From contig NZ_DATIDY010000040.1 of assembly GCF_035456085.1 (NCBI RefSeq), forward strand, positions 7,609-71,608: a stretch of DNA of 64,000 bases, in the 5' to 3' direction. This DNA comes from Flavobacterium sp. GTDB taxonomy: Bacteria > Bacteroidota > Bacteroidia > Flavobacteriales > Flavobacteriaceae. The position numbers and the translations under genes were made by a program. The number at the start of each line of letters is the position of its first letter. Position 1 is the first letter of the stretch. This document shows, piece by piece, positions 29,624 to 39,396 of this stretch. The notes under the pieces were generated by a model. The model was given only the letters and a program-made list of their open reading frames with translations. It did not search any database and was not told where the DNA came from.

Positions 29624-29984
29624 TTTTTAATTTTTTTTAATTTCTCTTCCCTGATAAATATTTTTATTCTTTTCGTTCTAAAGTAATAAAATTCTAGCTG
29701 AAATGCATTTTCACTTCAAATTTTAGTATTTACAATAGAACTCAATAGTGATTTGTTGTGCGGTTGTTTTGCAATCGCTTTTTTTATTATAAGATTAATT
29801 ATTGAGTTTTATTTTTCTTAGCGTTTTATCAATTCAATATTTTTTTACTTGTTTTTTTAGTAGATATATTTTTTTATACTGAAAAAACATGATAAACACT
29901 TAGCTAAGACTATAATATACCCTAAAACGTACTTTTTTACTCTCTGTTAGAATCAATATTATTCAATTTTGTATCGAAATCATT

Positions 29985-32900
29985 ATGACAAAATGTGATG
30001 GTGATTTTAAAAAAACTAATCTATTTAATAACCAAAAATTACAATCTAGAATGACAAATTTTACTAGAATTAAAAAAGATACTGATTGCGTATCTGGATT
30101 TAATTTGAAAAAGAAAGTGATGATCTTCTGTTTATTGCTTTCTTTATCTCAGATCCATGGATACGCCATTAGTTCTAAAAGCACGGATGTGTCAAAAGAT
30201 TTACAACTCCGAAAAGAAATTAAGGGACAAGTTAATGATGAAAACGGTATACCACTGGCAGGTGTGAATGTTTTAGAAAAAGGAACTAAAAATGCTGCTT
30301 TAACAGATTTTGACGGAAAATTTACTTTAACAGTAGATAACGAAAATTCAGTATTAGAATTATCTTATTTAGGTTATATAACTAAAGAAGTTATTTTAAA
30401 GGGCGAAACTTCAATTACTGTAAAATTGCAAAAAGCAACAACTTCATTGGAGGAGGTTGTCGTAGTCGGGTATGGTAAAATGAAGAAAAAGGATTTAACT
30501 GGGGCGATCGTTCAGATTACGCCAGATAAACTGGCAAACCAAAACCCACAAACCGTTCAAGATATTTTGAGAGGAGTTCCTGGTCTAAAAGTAGGTTATG
30601 ACGCTTCTGCAAAAGGAGGAGGTAAAATGCAAATTCGTGGACAAACTTCTGTTTACAATCCCAATAATGATGGCGTTCATAACTCACCACTTATTATTTT
30701 AGACGGAATGCAATTTTACGGTGAGCTTTCAGAAATCAACCCTGATGATATTGGCCAGATCGATATTTTAAAAGACGCAGCGTCTGCATCTGTATATGGT
30801 GCAAAAGCGGCTGCAGGTGTTATTGTTATTTCAACCAAAAAAGGTAAAACAGGCAAACCTATTATTAGTCTTACTACAAACACTACGGTTAATACTAAGA
30901 GTGCCTATCGTACTGTGTATTCTCCAGAAGGGTATTTAAAATATCGTGAAGATTGGGAGACTGCAGCAACTTATGGACCTAATACAACAACAGGCCAATA
31001 CGAAGCGTGGATATCCGGGACAGTTGCTAATGGTAAACCGGGATATTTCTCAAATCCTAATGATTTAACCAAGTGGGGTATTACTGAAGCTCAATGGTTA
31101 GCTTATCAACCAGCTACGCAAACAGCAGGCAAAAGTGTGAAGGAAGTATGGGGAACTCGTTTGGGTTTAAATTTCGATCCTTCTCTGATGGCCAATTTCT
31201 TAGCTGGAAAAACACAGAATTGGAATGATCTTTCTTTTAGAACAGGAATTAACCATGACAATAATTTGAGTATTTCTGGAGCAGGTGACAAAGTAAATTA
31301 TTATATGTCTTTTGGTTATTTAACTGCACAAGGAGCTATTGTTGGAAATGATTATAAAGCAGCTCGTGCCAATATGAAAATTGATGCTAAAATTACTGAT
31401 TGGCTTGACTTTGGAGCAAACGTCAATTTTCAAGATCGTTCAGATGGAGATATCACACCTTCATTAGGTACTAGATCTGGAGATAATAATATGTTGCGAA
31501 CCAGTCCTTTTGGAACCCTTAAAGATGCAAATGGCAACTATGAAAGACAACCAATGGGAAAAAATGTTTCCGGACAGAATTACAACTATTACTACGAACG
31601 CCAATTTATTGAGAAAGAGACAGGATATGTTACATTGAATTCCATTTTCAATACTAAGGTGACTTTGCCTTTGGGGATCACTTACACATTTAATATTTCT
31701 CCTCGTTATCAATTCTATCACGATCGCTATTTCAAGTCTACAGCGAATCCAAATAATCCTCCTGCTACCAATGGAGCAAATAGAAATAATAATATGAGAT
31801 TTGATTATAGTTTAAATAATACATTAGCATGGGATTATACATTTGCTGAGAAACACCATTTCGTAGCAACTTTTGTTCAAGAAGCTGAAGAACGCCGTTA
31901 TTGGTCAGATGGAATGGATGCATATAATATTCTGCCTAGTGATGCTTTGGGTTTTCACAATGTTGATACAGCAACAATGGCAAATAGCAAGCTTAGATCA
32001 GAAGACACGCATCAAACAGCAGATGCATTGATGGCAAGACTTTTCTATTCGTTTGATAATCGTTATATGTTGACGGCTTCTATCCGTCGCGATGGATATT
32101 CAGCTTTTGGAGCTTCAAATCCTTATGCAGTTTTTCCTTCTCTAGCTGTTGCATGGAACTTTAAAAATGAAAACTGGATTAATTGGGATGCGATGTCCGC
32201 TGGTAAATTACGTTTGTCTTGGGGTGAAAATGGAAATAGATCGCTTAATGATCCGTACATTTCTTTATCAAACTTGGTAAGTAATGGAACAATGGGTTAT
32301 CTCGATGCTTCAGGAAAAGCTCTTGAGATGAAGTATTTATCACTTGATCGTATGGCAAATCCAAATCTAGAATGGGAAAAAACAGGCGCAGTAAATATTG
32401 GTCTTGACTTAGGTTTCTTAAATAATCGCATTTCTGCTACTGTTGACCTTTACAAAACGGCTACCCATGATATGATTATGAGTCAAGCTTTACCTGGGTT
32501 TACAGGTTTTTCATCAATTGCAACCAACCTTGGAGAGGTTCAAAATAAAGGTTTTGAAATAACTATCAGCACTGTTAATATGACAAAACCTAATTTTGAA
32601 TGGCGTACCGGATTAGGAATATCTTATAACAATAATACTATTATATCATTATATGGCAATATGGTAGATATTAAAGATGCAAATGGCAATGTTATTGGAC
32701 AGAAAGAAGGCGATGATTCAAACAATGGATGGTTTATAGGTAAATCGATCACTGAAATTTGGGATTACAAAGTATCTGGAATTTGGCAAAAGGATGAGTG
32801 GAAAGAAGCTGAAAGATACGGACAACGTCCTGGTGATCCAAAAGTCGAAAATAGCTATACTGGAGACGATGTTGATGCCGTAGACAGAGATGGTGTTGCT

Positions 32901-33440
32901 TATAAAAAAGCAGTTTATAATGAAAAAGACAAGCAGTTTTTAGGCGATAAAACTCCTCCTGTACAGTGGTCGTTGCGAAATGAGTTTAAGATTTATAAAA
33001 ATTGGGATCTTACTATAAATATGTATTCTAATATGGGTCAAAAATCACTTAATTCAAGCTATGTGAATACTTTCAACGATAGTAGTTTGTATAAGTTCAA
33101 CTTCAATCCATATGTAAATCCATATTGGACACTTGACAACCCAACCAATGATTGGGCGCGTCTTGATGGTAAGGGTCCTGCTGGAACTCCAGCTGCACCA
33201 GGGAAATTGTATGACCGTAGTTTTATCCGTCTTGACAATATTTCGTTGGCCTACTCTTTTCCAAAAGATCTTACAACAAAACTAAAAATTAAAAATTTAA
33301 AAATTTATACTTCGGTTCAAAACGTAGCAACATGGTGTGCTTCTAAAGAATGGAAATATTATGGAGATCCAGAAGGAGATACTGATAACGGGGGATTGGC
33401 CACACGAATGTTTAATTTAGGTTTGAATGTACAACTTTAA
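29985..33440 (+). CDS. SusC/RagA TonB-linked outer membrane transporter (start may be 30051)
   Basis: CarboxypepD_reg-like N-terminus, EEVVVVGYG, DLTGA, PLIILDG, INPDDI..LKDAASASVYGAKAAAGVIVISTKKG, NPNLEWEKT, FNLGLNVQL. Confidence 0.95.
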   Translation: MTKCDGDFKKTNLFNNQKLQSRMTNFTRIKKDTDCVSGFNLKKKVMIFCLLLSLSQIHGYAISSKSTDVSKDLQLRKEIKGQVNDENGIPLAGVNVLEKGTKNAALTDFDGKFTLTVDNENSVLELSYLGYITKEVILKGETSITVKLQKATTSLEEVVVVGYGKMKKKDLTGAIVQITPDKLANQNPQTVQDILRGVPGLKVGYDASAKGGGKMQIRGQTSVYNPNNDGVHNSPLIILDGMQFYGELSEINPDDIGQIDILKDAASASVYGAKAAAGVIVISTKKGKTGKPIISLTTNTTVNTKSAYRTVYSPEGYLKYREDWETAATYGPNTTTGQYEAWISGTVANGKPGYFSNPNDLTKWGITEAQWLAYQPATQTAGKSVKEVWGTRLGLNFDPSLMANFLAGKTQNWNDLSFRTGINHDNNLSISGAGDKVNYYMSFGYLTAQGAIVGNDYKAARANMKIDAKITDWLDFGANVNFQDRSDGDITPSLGTRSGDNNMLRTSPFGTLKDANGNYERQPMGKNVSGQNYNYYYERQFIEKETGYVTLNSIFNTKVTLPLGITYTFNISPRYQFYHDRYFKSTANPNNPPATNGANRNNNMRFDYSLNNTLAWDYTFAEKHHFVATFVQEAEERRYWSDGMDAYNILPSDALGFHNVDTATMANSKLRSEDTHQTADALMARLFYSFDNRYMLTASIRRDGYSAFGASNPYAVFPSLAVAWNFKNENWINWDAMSAGKLRLSWGENGNRSLNDPYISLSNLVSNGTMGYLDASGKALEMKYLSLDRMANPNLEWEKTGAVNIGLDLGFLNNRISATVDLYKTATHDMIMSQALPGFTGFSSIATNLGEVQNKGFEITISTVNMTKPNFEWRTGLGISYNNNTIISLYGNMVDIKDANGNVIGQKEGDDSNNGWFIGKSITEIWDYKVSGIWQKDEWKEAERYGQRPGDPKVENSYTGDDVDAVDRDGVAYKKAVYNEKDKQFLGDKTPPVQWSLRNEFKIYKNWDLTINMYSNMGQKSLNSSYVNTFNDSSLYKFNFNPYVNPYWTLDNPTNDWARLDGKGPAGTPAAPGKLYDRSFIRLDNISLAYSFPKDLTTKLKIKNLKIYTSVQNVATWCASKEWKYYGDPEGDTDNGGLATRMFNLGLNVQL

Positions 33441-33453
33441 AGATTACTCAAAA

Positions 33454-35466
33454 ATGAAAAAATATATAAAAAATAAAATTTCAAGACTGGTGCCTTTGGC
33501 AGTATTGGCCGCTATGTCTGTTTCTTGTTCCAAAGATTTTCTTGAAGCAGATCCTCTTTCATTTTATAAACCTGAAAATACATTTAACACCGAAGCTGGG
33601 TTGCAGGCAACATTAGCACTATGCGATAAACAGCTTCGTAATAATTATGTTCATTATAATTTTTCTGGTGTTAGTGTTCCTATTGGTACTGAGTATCTTT
33701 TTTCTGATATGGCGCAATATGGAAAAACGGATACGAATGGTAGTATTGCTGATTATGCTAATACTATCGTTCCTTCTGCCGGTACAGATGTGTTCCGAAG
33801 AGATGCAGGTGGTGAGTCAATTTATCTTGGGTTTCTTTGGACTGAAGCCTATACAGGGATTAAGAATGCTAATACCATATTAACGTATATTGGTGATGTG
33901 AAAAGTTTATCCGAGGATGTTAAAAATAAATATATTGGACAAGCTTATTTTCATAGAGCTTACCGCTATCTTAATCTTGTGTATGAATTTGGAGACATAC
34001 CATTGATTACTAAAATTTTGGAAGTTCCAAAGCAGAGTTATTACTCTACTAAAAAAGAAGCCATCATAGAAATGATTACAGCTGATATGGAGAAAGCTGT
34101 ACAATGGGTACCAGACCAATCAAAAATTGGGTATGTAGGTATGGTTAGTAAAGGAGCATGCCGTCAGTTACTGATTAAGTGTTATTTGGCGTCGGGCAGA
34201 TTTGCTGATGCTGAAGCACAAGCAAACATTCTTATTAATCAATCAGGTTACTCTTTGGTGCAAAACAATTTGGGAATTTTTGATCCGGGAGGAAATCCTA
34301 CGGCATGGCCTATTACCAGAAATGTGATCTGGGATTTACACAGACCTGAAAACAAAGTTATAGGTTCTAATACTGAAGCTATATTGGTTGCACCAAATGG
34401 AGGAGCACAATCATTTTTAGCATTTGCTTCGATGAGAATTTTTGGGCCTAACTGGAATGATGCTAATTTAATTACTCCTGATGGTAAGACTGCAGCACCT
34501 CGTTTCCCATTGACTGATAAAACTAATTATAATGCAAAATATGATTATCAAAGAGCATTAGGACGCGGTATTGGTACCATAAGTGCTTCTTATTATTCAC
34601 AACATCCTATGTGGGTTGTAAACGGTGTTGAGGATAATCAAGATCTTAGACATAATAGCACTGTCGGTAACTGGGTGCATATGAAAGATCTAAAATATGC
34701 TTCTGGTGCAGGTGGTAGTGTTACATGGGCTGGACAAAATTTTAGAATGAAAGATGCAAATGGAAAACTGTTAGCATTGGATTCTATTCGTGATTGGTTT
34801 GATTTTCCTCATTATAAAATCTTTTATCATGATGTTGTAGCTGAAACCACCCCAACTGCTAATGATTTTCAGGGAGCTACTGCTGGAGCCAGTGCACATA
34901 TGTACATATATCGTTTGGCTGAGACCTATCTATTACGTGCAGAAGCTCGTTTTTATCAAGGGAATGTTGCAGGTGCAGCTCAGGATGTGAATGTTGTAAG
35001 AACAAGAGCAAAAGCTTCACAAATGTATACCACTGTAACTATTGGTGATATTTGTGCTGAAAGAGGAAGAGAACTTTATCTAGAAGAATGGAGAAATGTG
35101 GAGTTAAAACGTATTTCGCACTGTCTCGCTCTTAGCGGAAAACCGGATGAATGGGGTAATATTTACAGCAAAACCAATTGGGATAAGCAATCTGGAAGAG
35201 ATGCATCTGGAGGCAGTTATTGGTGGCAACGTATTGTGCATTATACCCTTTACAACAAATATCCAGCTGGTATTTCTATTAAACCAGGTGTAAAGTTTTA
35301 TACTATGGATAAGCGTAATAATTACTGGCCAATTCCATACAAACTTGCTATAGAACCTAATATTAATGGACAATTAAGTCAAAACTTTGGGTACGATGGT
35401 TATGATGCGAATGTGAAGGTTTGGACTAAATGGCAGGATGCTGTTGAAGATGAAAGCAAAATTTAA
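33454..35466 (+). CDS. RagB/SusD nutrient-binding lipoprotein
   Basis: Lipobox SVSC-SKDFLE, GQAYFHRAYRYLNLV..FGDIPL, YRLAETYLLRAEA, ERGRELYLE, WPIP. Confidence 0.95.
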   Translation: MKKYIKNKISRLVPLAVLAAMSVSCSKDFLEADPLSFYKPENTFNTEAGLQATLALCDKQLRNNYVHYNFSGVSVPIGTEYLFSDMAQYGKTDTNGSIADYANTIVPSAGTDVFRRDAGGESIYLGFLWTEAYTGIKNANTILTYIGDVKSLSEDVKNKYIGQAYFHRAYRYLNLVYEFGDIPLITKILEVPKQSYYSTKKEAIIEMITADMEKAVQWVPDQSKIGYVGMVSKGACRQLLIKCYLASGRFADAEAQANILINQSGYSLVQNNLGIFDPGGNPTAWPITRNVIWDLHRPENKVIGSNTEAILVAPNGGAQSFLAFASMRIFGPNWNDANLITPDGKTAAPRFPLTDKTNYNAKYDYQRALGRGIGTISASYYSQHPMWVVNGVEDNQDLRHNSTVGNWVHMKDLKYASGAGGSVTWAGQNFRMKDANGKLLALDSIRDWFDFPHYKIFYHDVVAETTPTANDFQGATAGASAHMYIYRLAETYLLRAEARFYQGNVAGAAQDVNVVRTRAKASQMYTTVTIGDICAERGRELYLEEWRNVELKRISHCLALSGKPDEWGNIYSKTNWDKQSGRDASGGSYWWQRIVHYTLYNKYPAGISIKPGVKFYTMDKRNNYWPIPYKLAIEPNINGQLSQNFGYDGYDANVKVWTKWQDAVEDESKI

Positions 35467-35546
35467 GCCGCTTTTAAATAAATTATTCAAATTAATTGAG
35501 CGCTTAAGGCTAAACCATTAAGCTATACACTTAGCTTTTACATACT

Positions 35547-35597
35547 AAAAATCCCTAACAATCAAGATTTAAATTCTGTTTGTTAGGGATTTTTTTT
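35547..35597. terminator. Bidirectional terminator between the SusD and CHRD genes
   Basis: AAAAATCCCTAACAA...TTGTTAGGGATTTTT arms. Confidence 0.7.
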
Positions 35598-35674
35598 AAA
35601 TAAAAAGTATATCATCTTACATTCGTTTGAATTAAAGAGGTCATTTTAATAACATTTTTTTGTTTTGTTTGCTA

Positions 35675-36148
35675 TTAATATGGACCACCTCCTCCTCCAC
35701 CAGTTCCGGTAGTTGAGCCTTTCATAAGTATTCCGCTGATTTCTCCACCAGGATTACTTGTGGTATGTAAGTTAACATAATAATGATTAGCCATAAGCTC
35801 CAAAATTTGAGCATCAGTTATAGTACCAGTAACAGTAAATGGTGAGGTTGCAATAGTTGCATCAGGAAAAGGAATTACAACTGCTCCATCGGCTCCATGA
35901 ATATGACCATGGGTCGGTGTTAGTCCTGTGTAAGTTACGGTAATTTCAAATGTTTTTTTGGTTTGATTTAATTTAAGTACTGCAGTTCCAGATGCTGATG
36001 AAGTGACACCAGTTGCAGCGGACAAAGTAGCATTAAAAACAGTAATGACATCAGTTGGAGGATTTGTATCCTCATTATCATCATTGGAGCACGAAGGAGT
36101 TATCAAAACAAGAAAAAACATTGCGGGAATAATTAATAATCGTTTCAT
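35675..36148 (-). CDS. CHRD domain lipoprotein
   Basis: Lipobox TPSC, SASGTA, YTGL.PT.GHIH and YYVNLHTTSNPGGEISG. Confidence 0.88.
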   Translation of the reverse strand: MKRLLIIPAMFFLVLITPSCSNDDNEDTNPPTDVITVFNATLSAATGVTSSASGTAVLKLNQTKKTFEITVTYTGLTPTHGHIHGADGAVVIPFPDATIATSPFTVTGTITDAQILELMANHYYVNLHTTSNPGGEISGILMKGSTTGTGGGGGGPY

Positions 36149-36295
36149 AATTGCAATTTTTTATTAGTTAATAATGAATTTAAAAGGTTCAGTAATAATT
36201 GGATTATTCCAATTGTAATTTTGGTAGAAATAAGTAGAAATAAATACTACTATTTCACTTTAATTTTTAATTAAAAGTGTGGCAAATTTTTTAGT

Positions 36296-36697
36296 CTATA
36301 CTCCAACATTCAAATTAAAATGTTGCAAAATTTGTTTGGGCGGCATTATTACTTCTTTACAAGCATTGTCAAACCACTCTACTTCTATCGTTACTTCTGC
36401 ACAATGTTCTCTTTTGGAATTTAAAAAGTAACTTTTAATACTGATTTTATTATCTATATAACATTGTTTCAACTCAACCGAAAAGCGTTCGGTAAACATT
36501 AGATCTTTATAACAAACTAATGCTTGATTTTTTTCCTGCAAACCTAAATTCAAAATGTTGAGTTTCTCTTTAGAAAATCCTTTATCAAACAAAAAATGAT
36601 ATAATAATCGAAGTGTGTATGAAATATAGGCTTTGCTTTCCATTACCATATAATCATTCACATCTTCTCCGGTAACACTATAGTTTTTACTGAACAT
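36296..36697 (-). CDS. Hotdog-fold thioesterase-like protein (degenerate)
   Basis: VTGEDVNDYMVM...Y and YKDLMFTERFSVEL resemble the 4HBT/YbgC fold. Confidence 0.55.
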   Translation of the reverse strand: MFSKNYSVTGEDVNDYMVMESKAYISYTLRLLYHFLFDKGFSKEKLNILNLGLQEKNQALVCYKDLMFTERFSVELKQCYIDNKISIKSYFLNSKREHCAEVTIEVEWFDNACKEVIMPPKQILQHFNLNVGV

Positions 36698-36792
36698 ATA
36701 AATTTGTTTAAGGTTATAAAAAAATAAATATTGAATTATTAATTAAATGATAAAGAGCATTTATTTAAACTATTACATCAATTAAAACTAAA

Positions 36793-37347
36793 TTATTTAA
36801 CCAATAAAAAATTGTAATTGATTTTCACTTTGTCCGCCACTTTTTGTCTGACAATGCTTGGAATTTTAATATCAAAATCTTCAGGTTTTACTTCAAAGGA
36901 ACCTATAATAGTAATCCCATTTGCAACTTTAGAAGCTCTCACAATTACTGCTAACGGCTGTATTTTTCCATGTATGGTAAGCTCACCTTTTAAATTAAAA
37001 TCTTTAGAGATGTTTGTGATTTTTGAAATATCAAAATCTTCAATTTTACCTTTTAGAGTTGCTTTTGGAAACTTTTCAGATTCCATATAGTTTTCATTGA
37101 AATGTTCTTCCATTAGAGCAACTTTAAACCGAAAACCTTTTACAAGAACCAAAGCAGCAAAATCTCCAGTTGATGATTCCAAAACCGCCGAAACACTTTT
37201 GCTTTCTGCTGCCACTTCTTCATACCCTGGCACAGAAGCCTGAAATTTTATAGTTCCCGTTTTTGTTATTAATTTTTGGGCAAAACCATTTGTATGTACA
37301 GCAGCAATCAACAGTATCAGAAAGATTTTTAGAACTGATTTTTTCAT
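36793..37347 (-). CDS. YceI family protein
   Basis: Signal peptide, TGTIKF, LMEEHFNENYMESEKFPKATLKG, GELTIHG, FDIKIP. Confidence 0.9.
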   Translation of the reverse strand: MKKSVLKIFLILLIAAVHTNGFAQKLITKTGTIKFQASVPGYEEVAAESKSVSAVLESSTGDFAALVLVKGFRFKVALMEEHFNENYMESEKFPKATLKGKIEDFDISKITNISKDFNLKGELTIHGKIQPLAVIVRASKVANGITIIGSFEVKPEDFDIKIPSIVRQKVADKVKINYNFLLVK

Positions 37348-37352
37348 CACTA

Positions 37353-37730
37353 TTAATTTTTTAATCCATCTGTATTCCATTTTAGAATCAAATCAATATT
37401 GGCTTGAGACATTCTTCCAGTTTTAGGCATAAGACCTTCCTGACCATTTTGCAACTGAATTCTATCTAATAATTGTGCGGTTTGTACAGCTGCTTTTACT
37501 TCAGCATATGTAGTTAGTGGTCTGAAAGATGCAGCCCCTCCACTTTTGTGACAACCTATACAATTAGCATCAATAACTGCTTTTACATCTTTGGTATAAG
37601 TTATTATCGATGGGTCAGTTATAGGTGGCGTAACAGTTTCTGGTGGTGTTGAGATATCGTCATAGGTATCAGAATTACTACAACTTGCTAATGAGGCTAA
37701 TAAAATTGTGAGTGCGATTGCTTTTTTCAT
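37353..37730 (-). CDS. c-type cytochrome lipoprotein
   Basis: Lipobox LASC, ITYTKDVKAVIDANCIGCH (CxxCH), distal LMP (possible Met ligand), LILKW. Confidence 0.8.
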   Translation of the reverse strand: MKKAIALTILLASLASCSNSDTYDDISTPPETVTPPITDPSIITYTKDVKAVIDANCIGCHKSGGAASFRPLTTYAEVKAAVQTAQLLDRIQLQNGQEGLMPKTGRMSQANIDLILKWNTDGLKN

Positions 37731-37750
37731 CGTGTATATATTTATAGTTA

Positions 37751-38593
37751 TTAAAATACTCTGTATATGTTAAATCCGAAGAAGAAATCTCCTTTACCCC
37801 AATTTCCGGCTGCATTTGTGAGATACCCGCTTTCGCTCATGGATTGTGAATTGGTAAATAATAATTGAAAAACATGCCCTCCAGTTTCAATATCCAAACC
37901 TACTGACAATGGATTTTCATAAAAACTAGGTTGATCAAAATTGTACATATATTCTAAGTTTACGGACAGCCTCTTAGTGATTTTATAGCGTCCTCCCCCA
38001 CCAAACGAAAACTGATTATCATTTTCTAAAGCTGGATCGTAAAGATTTCTATGTATAAAAGAAGGGATCACTTCTAATGATAATTTTTTATTGACTTTTC
38101 TTGAAATCAACAACTGTTGAATGCCTATATTCCGATGCTTAAATTCTAAACCCGGATATTGATCCGTGTCTAGAAATGTGTTGATATCCCACACACTATA
38201 CCCAACAATATCCAGAGGAAAATTATCGTCTTGTCTCATCAATCGGTATTTCAGTCCGATTTCGTACATTTTGTTTAATGTATGTCTGGAAAGGCTAACA
38301 GACAACCAATCGGTAATTCCGTAAATACCACCCAATTTTGTAGTCGCATTATCAAGACCAAAAAAGCCATCCAAACCATCCTTGACAGAACCGAAACGAT
38401 GTGATATCACAAAATAGAACTCCTTTTTGGCTGGTAATTTTGTGGATTGTAATGTTACCAATTGCAAAGCTTTGAAAGTGGCTGTTGCATAGCTGTCTTC
38501 TACCTGCGTAGAATCAATACTTTTGAGTAAATCATCTTGGGAATACGCTATCGTGGCCAAGAAAATACAGACTGTGACAAATAATTTCTTCAT
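37751..38593 (-). CDS. DUF5777 family beta-barrel protein
   Basis: ATFKALQLVTLQSTK, ISHRFGSV..FFGLD, GLDIETGGHVFQLLFTNS, FGFNIYRVF (C-terminal Phe). Confidence 0.85.
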   Translation of the reverse strand: MKKLFVTVCIFLATIAYSQDDLLKSIDSTQVEDSYATATFKALQLVTLQSTKLPAKKEFYFVISHRFGSVKDGLDGFFGLDNATTKLGGIYGITDWLSVSLSRHTLNKMYEIGLKYRLMRQDDNFPLDIVGYSVWDINTFLDTDQYPGLEFKHRNIGIQQLLISRKVNKKLSLEVIPSFIHRNLYDPALENDNQFSFGGGGRYKITKRLSVNLEYMYNFDQPSFYENPLSVGLDIETGGHVFQLLFTNSQSMSESGYLTNAAGNWGKGDFFFGFNIYRVF

Positions 38594-38600
38594 AAATTCA

Positions 38601-38999
38601 TTAATTGTTTTGTTTACTAATAATGCATTGATCCAATTTAACTTCCTGAAATAAATCATCGTAACCGATACATTTTCCTTTAATGGTTACTATATTGTTT
38701 TTAGGAATATTTTTTATTTTTTTAGTAAAAAGACAGAAAACTGTATTTTCAAGAATAAGTACCGAATCTGTTTTTTTGGTTATTAGTCCCGTTATTTCAA
38801 TAGTTTTATTGAGATAAACTAAATCCGCTTCTTTCGGATTTGCATCATACTCTTTAAGTAAAGTTGTTGCTGTAATGTTGGAATCAGGCATTTCTAAGGC
38901 TATATTGCGTGCTTCTTTAAAAACAACTCCGTAATACAGATAAATACCTACGGAAATCATTAATAACAAGACGATTACAAAAACTATTGATTTTTTCAT
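38601..38999 (-). CDS. Membrane-anchored OB-fold protein (tRNA_anti-like)
   Basis: N-terminal TM, A..L...Y..N...AD..YLNK.IEITG, VTIKGKCIGYD. Confidence 0.8.
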   Translation of the reverse strand: MKKSIVFVIVLLLMISVGIYLYYGVVFKEARNIALEMPDSNITATTLLKEYDANPKEADLVYLNKTIEITGLITKKTDSVLILENTVFCLFTKKIKNIPKNNIVTIKGKCIGYDDLFQEVKLDQCIISKQNN

Positions 39000-39025
39000 T
39001 TTTTTCTTATAATGAGATTCAATAG

Positions 39026-39054
39026 TAAAACAGTCTTGTAGTAGATTACCCTAC
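39026..39054 (-). promoter_or_regulatory. Putative ECF sigma promoter, copy A
   Basis: Minus strand GTAGGGTA-atctactacaagac-TGTTTTA, 27 nt before the 38999 start. Confidence 0.75.
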
Positions 39055-39100
39055 CAAAAAATTGTTATTTTTTTTGGAAAAAAATATATGAATTTTATTT

Positions 39101-39185
39101 TGACACGAATTACACGAATTAGCACGAATTGATTGTTTTTAAAAATTTCACAAATCAATTAATGGAATTATGTATAATCGAGTCA
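39101..39185. repeat. CACGAATT tandem repeat with a decayed inverted arm
   Basis: CACGAATT at 39104, 39113 and 39123; a related reversed unit lies at 43548-43567. Confidence 0.55.
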
Positions 39186-39190
39186 TACTT

Positions 39191-39352
39191 CACAATCTGG
39201 TCATTCTGACGAAGGATGAATCCCAGTGCCGTATATCCATATCGTATTTCCATCATCTAATAGTAAGAATTACAAAACTATTTTGATATTGATGAATTAC
39301 TTTGTCGAGCTACTTGCGGAGATTCTTCCTTCGTCAGAATGACAAGATTGTG
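39191..39352. mobile_element. REP-doublet/MITE-like element with about 34-bp imperfect inverted arms
   Basis: CACAATCTGGTCATTCTGACGAAGGATGAATCCC (39191-39224) vs GGAGATTCTTCCTTCGTCAGAATGACAAGATTGTG (39318-39352). Confidence 0.7.
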
Positions 39353-39396
39353 TCAATATTTTGTGAAGCAATGAAGTAATAATGTAACATAAAACC

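Noticed and set aside
29917-29930. A fourth ECF promoter copy (TACCCTAAAAC) upstream of susC
   Set aside because: Only a partial -35-like match, on the wrong strand for susC, with no TGTTTTA at 14-nt spacing.
39101-39130. CRISPR-like array (CACGAATT repeats); also the TTCGAAG repeats at 59.5-61.4 kb
   Set aside because: Units are 8 nt with 1-2 nt gaps, or are dispersed and inverted. There are no regular 25-40 nt repeats with unique spacers and no cas genes.
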